41,343 nt of DNA from the IMG/VR virus record IMGVR_UViG_3300031110_000004; one strand, given 5' to 3'. The stretch is from a virus. The position numbers and the translations under genes were made by a program. The first letter of the stretch is position 1, and every line of letters starts with the position of its first letter. The notes under the pieces are model-generated. The model was not told the origin of the DNA. It was given only the letters and a program-made list of their open reading frames with translations, and ran no database searches. Of this stretch, positions 33,174 through 40,395 are shown piece by piece.

Positions 33174-34199
33174 TCAATCCATGACCGGGAAGGTCTCGTC
33201 CGGCGACAGGTTGCCTTCGGCGTCGATCACACCTTCCAGCTCCATGCGGTCGAAGGCCTGCTCGGCGATCTCGAACGGGATGTCGAAGGTCACCGACAGC
33301 GCGCCGGCCGATGCTGAACCCTTCTCGCGGGTCTTGGCGGCAATGCGATCGTAGAGCTCGTCGGTCAGATCGGACATCGGTACATCCTCTCCAAGGTCGG
33401 CAACTTCGGCCGCCTGGTCCTGCTCGCGGTCGATAGCCTCTTTGGTCTCATCAGTCGACAGCTCGTCCTTGTTGCGCACCAGCTCATACTGGCCATCCTT
33501 CGCATCGCCGACGAACTGCACCACGCCTTCTTCAGCCAGGATCTGCAGGATGCGCTCGGCCTTCTGGATGCCGATGCTCAGCTTGTTCTGCAGGCCGGCG
33601 TAGGTCGCGTTCTGCTGCTCGGTAACGAACGCTCTGGCGTCTTCCAAGAGCTTCGGCGGGATCTCGATAGCCTTGGCCACGTCACCGGCCTTCTTGGTGC
33701 CGCCATCCCGGGATTTCTTGGTCGGGGCTGTAGGCTGTTCTCCTTCATCGCCAAGGTCCAGGGGCTTCTGGTCCTTCTCCGATTCGATGCCGTCCAGGGC
33801 GTCGAAGTAGTCACGCTCATAAAGCACGATCAGCACGTCGGACTTGTCCTGCACCTTGCTGATCAGGTCGTTGTAATGCTCCTCGGTGCTCTTCACGATG
33901 CCGACGACCTGGCCGTTGCTGACCTTCAGGTCCTTCAGGGTCATCTCGACGGTCGCGGTCGCTCCGCCGGCAATCAGCCGGGCAGCCAGCAGCGCCGATG
34001 CCTTGAGTTCTTGCTGAAGCTCGGAGATCACCGCGTCCTGCTGCTTCTCGGACATCTTGCGGAAGCCGACTTCATGCTTGCTCAGCTGGTTGATGCTGGC
34101 TTGCACCAGGTCGTGCAGCAGCAGTTCAGAGGCGATCTCGGAAGGCTGCATGCCATCTTTTCGGGCGCGGGCGATAACGGCTTTGTGTTCTGCTTTCAT
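33174..34199 (-). CDS. Acidic protein with two FtsK-gamma-like winged-helix motifs
   Basis: 341 aa. ARAFVTEQQNATYAGLQNKLSIGIQKAERILQILAEEGVV aligns by eye with E. coli FtsK gamma ([40 protein letters not shown]). A second, weaker copy is ALSVTFDIPFEIAEQAFDRMELEGVI. Confidence 0.7.
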   Translation of the reverse strand: MKAEHKAVIARARKDGMQPSEIASELLLHDLVQASINQLSKHEVGFRKMSEKQQDAVISELQQELKASALLAARLIAGGATATVEMTLKDLKVSNGQVVGIVKSTEEHYNDLISKVQDKSDVLIVLYERDYFDALDGIESEKDQKPLDLGDEGEQPTAPTKKSRDGGTKKAGDVAKAIEIPPKLLEDARAFVTEQQNATYAGLQNKLSIGIQKAERILQILAEEGVVQFVGDAKDGQYELVRNKDELSTDETKEAIDREQDQAAEVADLGEDVPMSDLTDELYDRIAAKTREKGSASAGALSVTFDIPFEIAEQAFDRMELEGVIDAEGNLSPDETFPVMD

Positions 34200-34262
34200 G
34201 GTGTTTCCTTATGGTCTTTGGTTTGGGTTGTTCGGGTGTTGCTGGCGTCCTTGCCGGGCGGA

Positions 34263-35210
34263 TCAGTCCATGGGTGGGAAGTCTTCCTGCTGCTGGTCCT
34301 GCTGGTCCCTCACTTCCGCTGCGGCGCGCTGCTGGCGCTGGCGTTGCTGCTTGGGTTCAGGATCTTTCTCTGGCTCAGGCTCGGCCTCCTGTTGGATGAT
34401 CTCGCCGGTGCCGGTGTCGACCATCTCGGCAGCGCCACGGTCAACGGTGCGGCGTCCATCTTGCATTTCTTCGTTCTCGATCACGATGCCGTCAACGATG
34501 GTTGCGCCCAGGCCGCTCTCGCCGGAGTTGGTGACAGCGATGGCATTGGCCATCTCGATCGACGACGGCATGTACTTCAGGACCTGCAGGAGCGGAACCT
34601 TGCGGCAGTACATTTCCCAGTCGCGGAAACTGTAGTGGCGCTGTCCGACCTTGTTGTACTTGTTGCGATGCTTGGTGATCTTGGCGACAGACCACAGCTC
34701 GATGATCGGCATCTGCGCGTCGCGAACCCAGCCAATGGCATAGGCGTGCGTGATGTCTACCGGGTCATCAAGGTCTGTTTCATTGTGGATAACCAGGTCG
34801 CGGCGGGCGCCATCAGTGAACGTGTACTTCTGGTCCTTGAAGATCACGCCGGTATAGACCGTGCCGCGCCCGCTTCGCGAAACCAGATCAACAAGGCCCT
34901 TCCAGCCAGGAACGAACGTGCAGGTGTCCTTGTATGGAATCAGGTAGCCGGCGCCATTCACGCCAGGCTCCAGGCCCAGCGCAGCAGCAGTCATCATGGA
35001 CGCTGCGATGCTCAAGTGCGTGCAACGCTGAAGCTGCTGGTTGCTGCTGAACGCGGTCAGGGCCAGGCGCGCCATGCGATCGGTACTTAGGTGCTTCGGC
35101 AGCGCCAGCTCAAGCTGTGGCTTCAGCTTTTCCATGAACCCGGAAAACGCCTGTACCGGGGTTATTTGCCTTTGGCCCGTGGCGGCCTCTTTCAGTTGAT
35201 TGGTCGACAT
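34263..35210 (-). CDS. recT: RecT-family single-strand annealing protein
   Basis: 315 aa. N-terminal ...FMEKLKPQLELALPKHL..., core ...LGLEPG...GYLIPY.... Adjacent to a YqaJ-type exonuclease. Acidic Gln-rich tail. Confidence 0.88.
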   Translation of the reverse strand: MSTNQLKEAATGQRQITPVQAFSGFMEKLKPQLELALPKHLSTDRMARLALTAFSSNQQLQRCTHLSIAASMMTAAALGLEPGVNGAGYLIPYKDTCTFVPGWKGLVDLVSRSGRGTVYTGVIFKDQKYTFTDGARRDLVIHNETDLDDPVDITHAYAIGWVRDAQMPIIELWSVAKITKHRNKYNKVGQRHYSFRDWEMYCRKVPLLQVLKYMPSSIEMANAIAVTNSGESGLGATIVDGIVIENEEMQDGRRTVDRGAAEMVDTGTGEIIQQEAEPEPEKDPEPKQQRQRQQRAAAEVRDQQDQQQEDFPPMD

Positions 35211-35212
35211 GG

Positions 35213-35422
35213 TCAGTTCGCCTTGTAGTTGCGGTCTTTGCGGTAGGCGGCCTCGTCAGTAGGCGAGACCTCGCGGAAGTCAGGGGTGTCGATCTTCTTG
35301 GCGTACATGGCGCGCTGTGACTGCATGAACAGTTCGCGATCCCACACGCGGTGATGGCTGATGATCGAGGATGCGTTGCCGGTCGGGTCGGTGGTCTTCA
35401 GGTAGAGGTCTTGTGCGTTCAT
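35213..35422 (-). CDS. Hypothetical protein (69 aa)
   Basis: GGAGaagaccATG context. Lies between the exonuclease and recT. Confidence 0.6.
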   Translation of the reverse strand: MNAQDLYLKTTDPTGNASSIISHHRVWDRELFMQSQRAMYAKKIDTPDFREVSPTDEAAYRKDRNYKAN

Positions 35423-35431
35423 GGTCTTCTC

Positions 35432-36328
35432 CTACTTCAACCGCAAGACGCGGCTGGTGGTGGTGCGCTCGAACTTGCGAGCGATGCGTGGGTGTGCGGC
35501 GCGGAACAGGTCCGGCACGAGCCGGGTAGTATCCTGGCTCTTCCAGGTCAGCAGGGTTTCGGCGCCGAACTTCAGGATCTGGTGCTCGCGCATGAACAGC
35601 TTGATGGCCTTGGCCTTGTCGTCGGCATCGTCTTCCAGAAGCTTGATGCGCTTCTTCAGGTCCTTCAGCGCCTTGTACGCGTCGACGATCTCGTCGCTGG
35701 CCTGGACCACTGAGCCATGGTCACGAGCGAATAACCGCTCGATGTCGCCAACGGTGGTCGCTTCTGGCGCCTCCTTCGACTGGATGCGCTGCCAGAACTC
35801 GACCTCCTTGTCGCGGATGCCGGCGATGGTTTCCTCGTCGCGCTTGACTTCGTAGATGCGGAAGTCATCGATGCCAATCAAAACCGGGAAGATGGTGCGG
35901 GCGGCGCCGGTGATCATCATCCCGTGCATGGCCTGGGCGGTGTAGTGGACCGGGATCTCGTCGGTCCACTCGGTGCCCCACTCCTTCGCGCCGAACTGGT
36001 TGACAGACTTGGCTTCGATGTTCTCGCCGGTGTCTGCCTCGGCATCGATCTCGGCAGCAAGGAATTCATGCTCGTGGTCGCGGTATCGTTCGCCGCGCTT
36101 GACCAGCTCAAGGCCAGTTTCTTCGACCAGCATGTCGAGGATGTAGGGCTCAAGCCGGGTACCGCGCTTGAAGATCTTGGCCTTGGCCGGGTCTTCTGGC
36201 TGCTTGCCTTCGACCTTGTCGAGATATACGTCTAGAGGGGTACGGTAAGGGCTCAGGCCCAGGATGGCGGCGATGTCGCTACCGCCCAGATATGTCTGCC
36301 GATCGAGCTGGCCAACTGCGATATTCAT
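35432..36328 (-). CDS. YqaJ-type (lambda Exo-like) recombination exonuclease
   Basis: 298 aa from ATG 36328 behind GGGAGAA (the track start 36343 is TTG). ...YLGGSDIAAILGLSPYRTPLDVY... is the YqaJ signature. Confidence 0.85.
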   Translation of the reverse strand: MNIAVGQLDRQTYLGGSDIAAILGLSPYRTPLDVYLDKVEGKQPEDPAKAKIFKRGTRLEPYILDMLVEETGLELVKRGERYRDHEHEFLAAEIDAEADTGENIEAKSVNQFGAKEWGTEWTDEIPVHYTAQAMHGMMITGAARTIFPVLIGIDDFRIYEVKRDEETIAGIRDKEVEFWQRIQSKEAPEATTVGDIERLFARDHGSVVQASDEIVDAYKALKDLKKRIKLLEDDADDKAKAIKLFMREHQILKFGAETLLTWKSQDTTRLVPDLFRAAHPRIARKFERTTTSRVLRLK

Positions 36329-36534
36329 GAATTTCTCCCACAAAAAAACCCATCAAGTTCAGCACCGGTGGAACGCTCCATCAGATCGACCAGTGCCGGG
36401 GAGGCTTGATCATCAGGAGAGACGGTGCTGACTTCATGGGTTTCATCCCCGGCATCTGGTCGTTACGTTTTGCCTTCGGGTTCCACGCCGTCAGCGGATT
36501 GGATCTTGCCACTACCTGGCCGAACGGCGCAAGC

Positions 36535-36690
36535 CTATTTTGGCTTGAGCCCGGCCTCATACTCTTGCTGCCTGATCTTGCTGCACTTCGTGTGATTGCC
36601 GCGATTCCGGTACTTGCCACAGATATCGCAGCGAGAGCCGAGAAACAGCGGCCGGCCTTCGAGCCTGGCGCCGACGTATTCTGGACTCAT
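36535..36690 (-). CDS. Small zinc-ribbon-like protein (51 aa)
   Basis: ATG 36690 in an ATGA overlap. Contains CDICGKYRNRGNHTKC. Confidence 0.5.
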   Translation of the reverse strand: MSPEYVGARLEGRPLFLGSRCDICGKYRNRGNHTKCSKIRQQEYEAGLKPK

Positions 36691-36887
36691 TGCTTGCGCT
36701 CCAGGGCGGCGCGGGCTTGCCAGCCTACCCACGCCCGCTGCAGGGGCTCATCGCAGTAATCGCCATAGCAAGGATCATCCTTTGGCAGCAGGTCGCGCTT
36801 GCGACTGAGCGGGGCCTGAGGCCATTCGGCAACAATGGCCCGCTCAAACGCCGCCCGCTCATCGCGCTCTGGCGGATAGGGTTGCAT
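36687..36887 (-). CDS. Hypothetical protein (66 aa)
   Basis: ATG behind GGGAAG. Overlaps the upstream gene by 29 nt. Confidence 0.55.
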   Translation of the reverse strand: MQPYPPERDERAAFERAIVAEWPQAPLSRKRDLLPKDDPCYGDYCDEPLQRAWVGWQARAALERKQ

Positions 36888-37401
36888 CTATCTTCCCGCT
36901 CAGCTCATAGACTCGAACCCGTACCCGATCATTTCTTGCGGCAATGTCACCTCCACGCAATAAACCATCAGCTTCACGCAGCAGCGCATCCCGCTCGGCC
37001 AGCTGGGCGCGCAGATCCATTACTTCGCACTCGAAGGTGTTGATCACACCCTGCTGGCGCTTTGACGTGGCGCGCAGCCGCTCAACCTCGGCAGGATCGG
37101 CGTTTCGGTAAACAGCGAACGGGCCTTCATACATTTCAGGAGTTAGCTGCGCATCACCATCGACCAGCATCAACTGGCCTGCAAGGCTGCCTTTCAGCAC
37201 GTTGGCCATATAGGCCAACGGCTCACCCTGCGCCGGTCTGGAGTAGAGCGGTCCAAGCTTGGCGATTTCGTCAAGGCATGCGTTCCATCCTCGATCTTTC
37301 TTTGCTTGAATGAGTGAATATCCGCCTGTCGAAGTTACCCCTACAGGTTCGCGTCGCGCAGGCAGCGTCACCGGCTCGCCCTGGTTGTTTAGCTTTTCCA
37401 T
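36859..37401 (-). CDS. Hypothetical protein with C-terminal coiled coil (180 aa)
   Basis: ATG 37401 behind GAGGTG (the track start 37413 is TTG). Confidence 0.62.
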   Translation of the reverse strand: MEKLNNQGEPVTLPARREPVGVTSTGGYSLIQAKKDRGWNACLDEIAKLGPLYSRPAQGEPLAYMANVLKGSLAGQLMLVDGDAQLTPEMYEGPFAVYRNADPAEVERLRATSKRQQGVINTFECEVMDLRAQLAERDALLREADGLLRGGDIAARNDRVRVRVYELSGKIDATLSARAR

Positions 37402-37402
37402 G

Positions 37403-38092
37403 TCACACCTCAACTGTCACGCGATTCGCGTGGATGTCATTGAAAATCATCTGAGCACGGCCCAAGAGCGCATCCACCACCAGGCCGCGAGACCCAGGCA
37501 TGGCGTCGTATTCCATCGCAGCCAATCCGATCACATGAATCTTTTCTTCCTGCCATGCCCGGTGAGCATCAAGTGGGCAGTCGTACATGCCCAAATGCTT
37601 AAGCGTTCCACCGGAATTGCAGTAGGCTCGGTAATTCCCCGTGCGTTTCACCAGGGTTACTCCGAGCGGCAAATGACCACGAGCAGAACGGCAGGAGGTA
37701 AAGAGAGAATTTATTCGCCTAGGAACGAAGCAGCAGTTGACTGGCGAATAGACCTTGTTGCCTTTCACCAGGATGTCTTTGTCGATTTCCCAGCTGTTGC
37801 CATTTTCATCAATCTCAAGGTATCCAGGCTGGAACTGGCACCATTCCGCGAACTCTTGAAAATTGGCGAAACCATTCTTTGTTCCGATGTAAGCCGGGTT
37901 GGCGCGCTGGAACAGGCCGCCATCCTGCGTGCGACGCTCGACCTTGCTCCACAGGCCATGAGCCCGAGTATGGTTCGTGACGATCTGACCAGGAGACCTT
38001 GAGCGCCAAGTCTTGATCCAAAGACCATCATCGCCACGCCTATCTGCGCACCCATGCACATGACGTCGCACCATCACAAATTCTTTACTCAT
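37403..38092 (-). CDS. AP2-type DNA-binding domain protein (homing-endonuclease-associated family)
   Basis: 229 aa, with lower GC than its neighbours. ...IDKDILVKGNKVYSPVNCCFVPRRIN... and ...GVTLVKRTGNYRAYCNSGGTLKHLGMYDCPLDAHRAWQEEK resemble phage AP2-domain proteins. Confidence 0.6.
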   Translation of the reverse strand: MSKEFVMVRRHVHGCADRRGDDGLWIKTWRSRSPGQIVTNHTRAHGLWSKVERRTQDGGLFQRANPAYIGTKNGFANFQEFAEWCQFQPGYLEIDENGNSWEIDKDILVKGNKVYSPVNCCFVPRRINSLFTSCRSARGHLPLGVTLVKRTGNYRAYCNSGGTLKHLGMYDCPLDAHRAWQEEKIHVIGLAAMEYDAMPGSRGLVVDALLGRAQMIFNDIHANRVTVEV

Positions 38093-38202
38093 TCCCCTTT
38101 CCCCTCACGTTGTTTTGCCTTGCATATGGCGCGGCACATCAGCACCGCGATCAGAATGGCCAGCAGCAGCCAGCCGCCGATGAACCCGATAACGCCGCTC
38201 AT
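38089..38202 (-). CDS. Small membrane peptide (37 aa)
   Basis: ATG 38202. MSGVIGFIGGWLLLAILIAVLMCRAICKAKQREGKGE. GC3 about 28/37 by hand count. ATGA overlap with the downstream start. Confidence 0.5.
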   Translation of the reverse strand: MSGVIGFIGGWLLLAILIAVLMCRAICKAKQREGKGE

Positions 38203-38526
38203 CCTGCATCCCCCGCTGGCTCTTCGTTCTGCGCCTTCACCGGGCAGATGCGAAGGTGGTACTGCAGCTGGAATGTGGTGCAGAACTGGCGGCGGCACCA
38301 TGGACATTCGATTTCTTCGGGCGGTACGTTTTTCATTTGGAGCACCCTTCTTTGGATACGGGTATTTTTCAAGGTCTAGCCAGAGATACCGGACATGCTG
38401 GCCAGGGCCGCGCCGGTGAGATACCCGATCGCTGTGTCGCCGATTGACATGTTTCTTGGCGCGATCCCTGGTCTTCCAGGCGCTGCCACAGATCTTGCAG
38501 ATGTGCGCAATGCACTGTTCGCCCAT
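38089..38526 (-). CDS. ORF with an N-terminal C2H2 zinc finger; its 3' extent is uncertain because it runs in frame through the two genes above
   Basis: ATG 38526 behind GGAGG. CKICGSAWKTRDRAKKHVNRRH has C-x2-C-x12-H-x4-H spacing. GC3 is about 24/33 in the first 33 codons, falls to about half in the middle, and no in-frame stop occurs until 38089. Confidence 0.45.
   Translation of the reverse strand: MGEQCIAHICKICGSAWKTRDRAKKHVNRRHSDRVSHRRGPGQHVRYLWLDLEKYPYPKKGAPNEKRTARRNRMSMVPPPVLHHIPAAVPPSHLPGEGAERRASGGCRMSGVIGFIGGWLLLAILIAVLMCRAICKAKQREGKGE
38199..38336 (-). CDS. Single C2HC/C2H2-type zinc-finger mini-protein (45 aa), below the ORF-track cutoff
   Basis: ATG 38336 behind GAAGGG. MKNVPPEEIECPWCRRQFCTTFQLQYHLRICPVKAQNEEPAGDAG has C-x2-C-x12-H-x3-C spacing. 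GC3 31/45 by hand count. Stop overlaps the next ATG. Confidence 0.55.
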   Translation of the reverse strand: MKNVPPEEIECPWCRRQFCTTFQLQYHLRICPVKAQNEEPAGDAG

Positions 38527-38546
38527 GGTCGCCTCCAGGTGGTTGG

Positions 38547-38774
38547 TTACTCGGTGGGGTCGGCTGGCAGCGGCTGCCAGTGGGTGGCTACAGCGTCGTA
38601 GTCATCACCATAGCCGCCGTCGATGTAGTCGCCGTTATTGACCTCGAACCACTTGTCACCATCGGTCCAGCCGATGAATGCGTACTCTGCGTCGTTGCTG
38701 TCGCTCTGACCGAACGCCAGAACTGGGTTGATGTCGGCTGGTAGCCTGTCGCTGCACTTGATCCAGCCGCTCAT
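38547..38774 (-). CDS. DUF551-like protein
   Basis: 75 aa. WIKCSDRLP...THWQPLPADP is the DUF551 pattern. Confidence 0.7.
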   Translation of the reverse strand: MSGWIKCSDRLPADINPVLAFGQSDSNDAEYAFIGWTDGDKWFEVNNGDYIDGGYGDDYDAVATHWQPLPADPTE

Positions 38775-39061
38775 GGCTTCACCCGGGCGGCGAGCATAGA
38801 ATCGGCGATCACATAAGCCTCCTCTGCAAGCATTTCGGGATAAGCCACGCGCTTTTCGCTCGCCGCAATAAACCCAGACATTGCCTTGGCCGCGAAGTAG
38901 TCGCGCAGTGACATGCCGCTGACGGCCTCGCCACGCGCCTTGATGTATGCGGTTTCGCGCTCTTCGTGATCCTTGATGCCGTGGCTGGCGGTAAGGGCGT
39001 ATGCATGAATCGCCGAGCCGTCCTGCATTGGAAAGGCGGTACCGCCGTCATTCTTGCTCAT
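38771..39061 (-). CDS. Hypothetical protein (96 aa)
   Basis: GGGAG RBS. ...GMSLRDYFAAKAM... is a motif I recall from many prophage early proteins. Confidence 0.62.
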   Translation of the reverse strand: MSKNDGGTAFPMQDGSAIHAYALTASHGIKDHEERETAYIKARGEAVSGMSLRDYFAAKAMSGFIAASEKRVAYPEMLAEEAYVIADSMLAARVKP

Positions 39062-39062
39062 T

Positions 39063-39143
39063 TCAAACTCCCATCATCACGATGATTACGATGGCTACAG
39101 CGCTAATGATCAGGTCGTACTTCGTCGGCTTGGCCATCAGCAT
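39063..39143 (-). CDS. Possible hydrophobic peptide (26 aa)
   Basis: GAGGTGAA-ATG. MLMAKPTKYDLIISAVAIVIIVMMGV. The stop is 1 nt before the next ATG. Confidence 0.4.
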   Translation of the reverse strand: MLMAKPTKYDLIISAVAIVIIVMMGV

Positions 39144-39286
39144 TTCACCTCGTAGCAGATCGTCCACTCTCCACACAGGCAGGCGCGCTGCGACCAAGCG
39201 TGGACATTTTCGATACCGGCGTCGTAGGCCAGAGACAGCGCGCCGAGCCAAGTCTTGTGCGTGAAGATCAGGGTCATGGTTTCCAT
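39137..39286 (-). CDS. Hypothetical small protein (49 aa), below the ORF-track cutoff
   Basis: GGAGGcccgagATG. Hand translation: METMTLIFTHKTWLGALSLAYDAGIENVHAWSQRACLCGEWTICYEVKC. The stop overlaps the downstream start region. Confidence 0.45.
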   Translation of the reverse strand: METMTLIFTHKTWLGALSLAYDAGIENVHAWSQRACLCGEWTICYEVKC

Positions 39287-39305
39287 CTCGGGCCTCCGGG
39301 CTCGG

Positions 39306-39545
39306 TCAGTCGCAGTGCGACAAAAATTCGTGGATCTTGTCGAGGCCTATGTCCTCGAGAATGTCGTCGTGACTATCGTTCTTGAGCAGCCACGCCCGAA
39401 CCACATGCACATTCAAGCCATTCAGACGATCATCATCGGTCAGCTCGGATGCGATCAATGGGCCGTCAACATTGGCAGTTACGTGGACGCTCCTGCCGCC
39501 GTGCGGACCGACGTATAAATCGTTGGTTTCAAAGCTGATTTCCAT
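39306..39545 (-). CDS. Hypothetical acidic protein (79 aa)
   Basis: GGAGGccatATG context. Confidence 0.6.
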   Translation of the reverse strand: MEISFETNDLYVGPHGGRSVHVTANVDGPLIASELTDDDRLNGLNVHVVRAWLLKNDSHDDILEDIGLDKIHEFLSHCD

Positions 39546-39562
39546 ATGGCCTCCAGGCGCGG

Positions 39563-39811
39563 TCAGTTTTTTGTAAGTCCAGCCTGCTGGGCAGCAAGCT
39601 CGATATTGCGGTTATCCCGCTGAGCTCGGATCAGCTTCACCGAGGCGATGCGGCCGCCGTACTCGACCGGCGTCAGGTGGTTGCAGGCCAGCGCATAGCC
39701 GAGGATCGCTTCGGCGCCGGTGAGCATGCGCTCGGCCAGAACATCGCTCTCTGCCTTGCGGCCCTGCTCAAGGTGCAGCTCCAGCAGGTCATTGCCTTCT
39801 TTGGGAATCAT
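39563..39811 (-). CDS. First leftward early gene, hypothetical (82 aa; alternative ATG at 39856 gives 97 aa)
   Basis: ATG 39811 has the GAGACCAAGACC-ATG context, identical to terS. The upstream ATG 39856 lacks an SD and sits in a hairpin loop. Confidence 0.55.
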   Translation of the reverse strand: MIPKEGNDLLELHLEQGRKAESDVLAERMLTGAEAILGYALACNHLTPVEYGGRIASVKLIRAQRDNRNIELAAQQAGLTKN

Positions 39812-39963
39812 GGTCTTGGTCTCGTTCGGGTTTCGGTACTGGCAAAGCCCGCACATGGCGGGCTTGCGGTCAGCTTGTGTGCCGATCTTTGGTCGGCGGA
39901 CGCATGGTGAAATCCTCGGCTGGTTATTTGAACAATCCTCGGCGGTGCGCCTTGGTGAGACGA

Positions 39964-39992
39964 ACTGTAGATTCTGTTCATGTGCTAGTCAA
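39964..39992 (-). promoter_or_regulatory. Candidate leftward early promoter
   Basis: Minus strand: TTGACT (39992-39987), 17-nt spacer, TACAGT (39969-39964). Confidence 0.45.
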
Positions 39993-39996
39993 GCAC
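39982..39996. promoter_or_regulatory. Inverted repeat GTGCT-agtca-AGCAC, a candidate operator overlapping the leftward -35
   Basis: Read directly. Further GCAC half-sites follow at 40002-40005. Confidence 0.4.
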
Positions 39997-40005
39997 AATT
40001 TGCAC

Positions 40006-40034
40006 TTGTTAAAGATTCATCCCCGCGCTATATT
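40006..40034 (+). promoter_or_regulatory. Candidate rightward early promoter
   Basis: TTGTTA (40006-40011), 17-nt spacer, TATATT (40029-40034), 30 nt upstream of the HTH gene. Confidence 0.45.
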
Positions 40035-40063
40035 TGCCACCACCAACCAACAAAGGAATAGCC

Positions 40064-40267
40064 ATGAACCTCCAAAAATCCATCCGGGTAGGCCTTGCGA
40101 TGCGCAGCATGGGTCAGGGTGACCTGGCAGAGGCAACCGGGATTCACCGGAGCAATATCAGCAAGATGGTCAACGGGAAGATGATCATCACCCATGAGCG
40201 ATTGGAGAGCATCGCGGTGGCGTTGAAGATGAAGGTCAGCGAGTTCGTGGCGCTGGGGGAGGACTGA
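40064..40267 (+). CDS. XRE-family HTH regulator in the Cro position
   Basis: 67 aa from ATG 40064 behind AAAGGAA. ...MGQGDLAEATGIHRSNISKMVNG... is a classic HTH_XRE. Confidence 0.8.
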   Translation: MNLQKSIRVGLAMRSMGQGDLAEATGIHRSNISKMVNGKMIITHERLESIAVALKMKVSEFVALGED

Positions 40268-40269
40268 GC

Positions 40270-40395
40270 ATGGACCAGATCTATTCCGGGCACGTGTTGA
40301 GGTTCTTGGCCAGGTGGCTTGACGGAAGCGACATAACCCTTGGCCCAAAATTCATCAAATCCCTGAAGGACTTTGGGCATGGAAACGGTGATTGA
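40270..40395 (+). CDS. Hypothetical small protein (41 aa) in the cII position
   Basis: GGGGGAGGActgagcATG. MDQIYSGHVLRFLARWLDGSDITLGPKFIKSLKDFGHGNGD. Below the ORF-track cutoff. Confidence 0.45.
   Translation: MDQIYSGHVLRFLARWLDGSDITLGPKFIKSLKDFGHGNGD

Noticed and set aside
33876-35090. 404-aa plus-strand ORF opposite the FtsK-gamma-like and recT genes.
   Set aside because: Antisense shadow of two well-supported minus-strand genes. The translation is Leu/Gly/Ala/Val-rich with no motifs.
36329-36534. About 200-nt gap upstream of the exonuclease gene with tiny coupled ORFs (for example the 24-aa MPGMKPMKSAPSLLMIKPPRHWSI and the 18-aa MERSTGAELDGFFCGRNS), plus track ORF 36381..36620.
   Set aside because: Too short and compositionally unconvincing to call. 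The 79-aa track ORF overlaps the zinc-ribbon gene out of frame and has no SD. Left unannotated.
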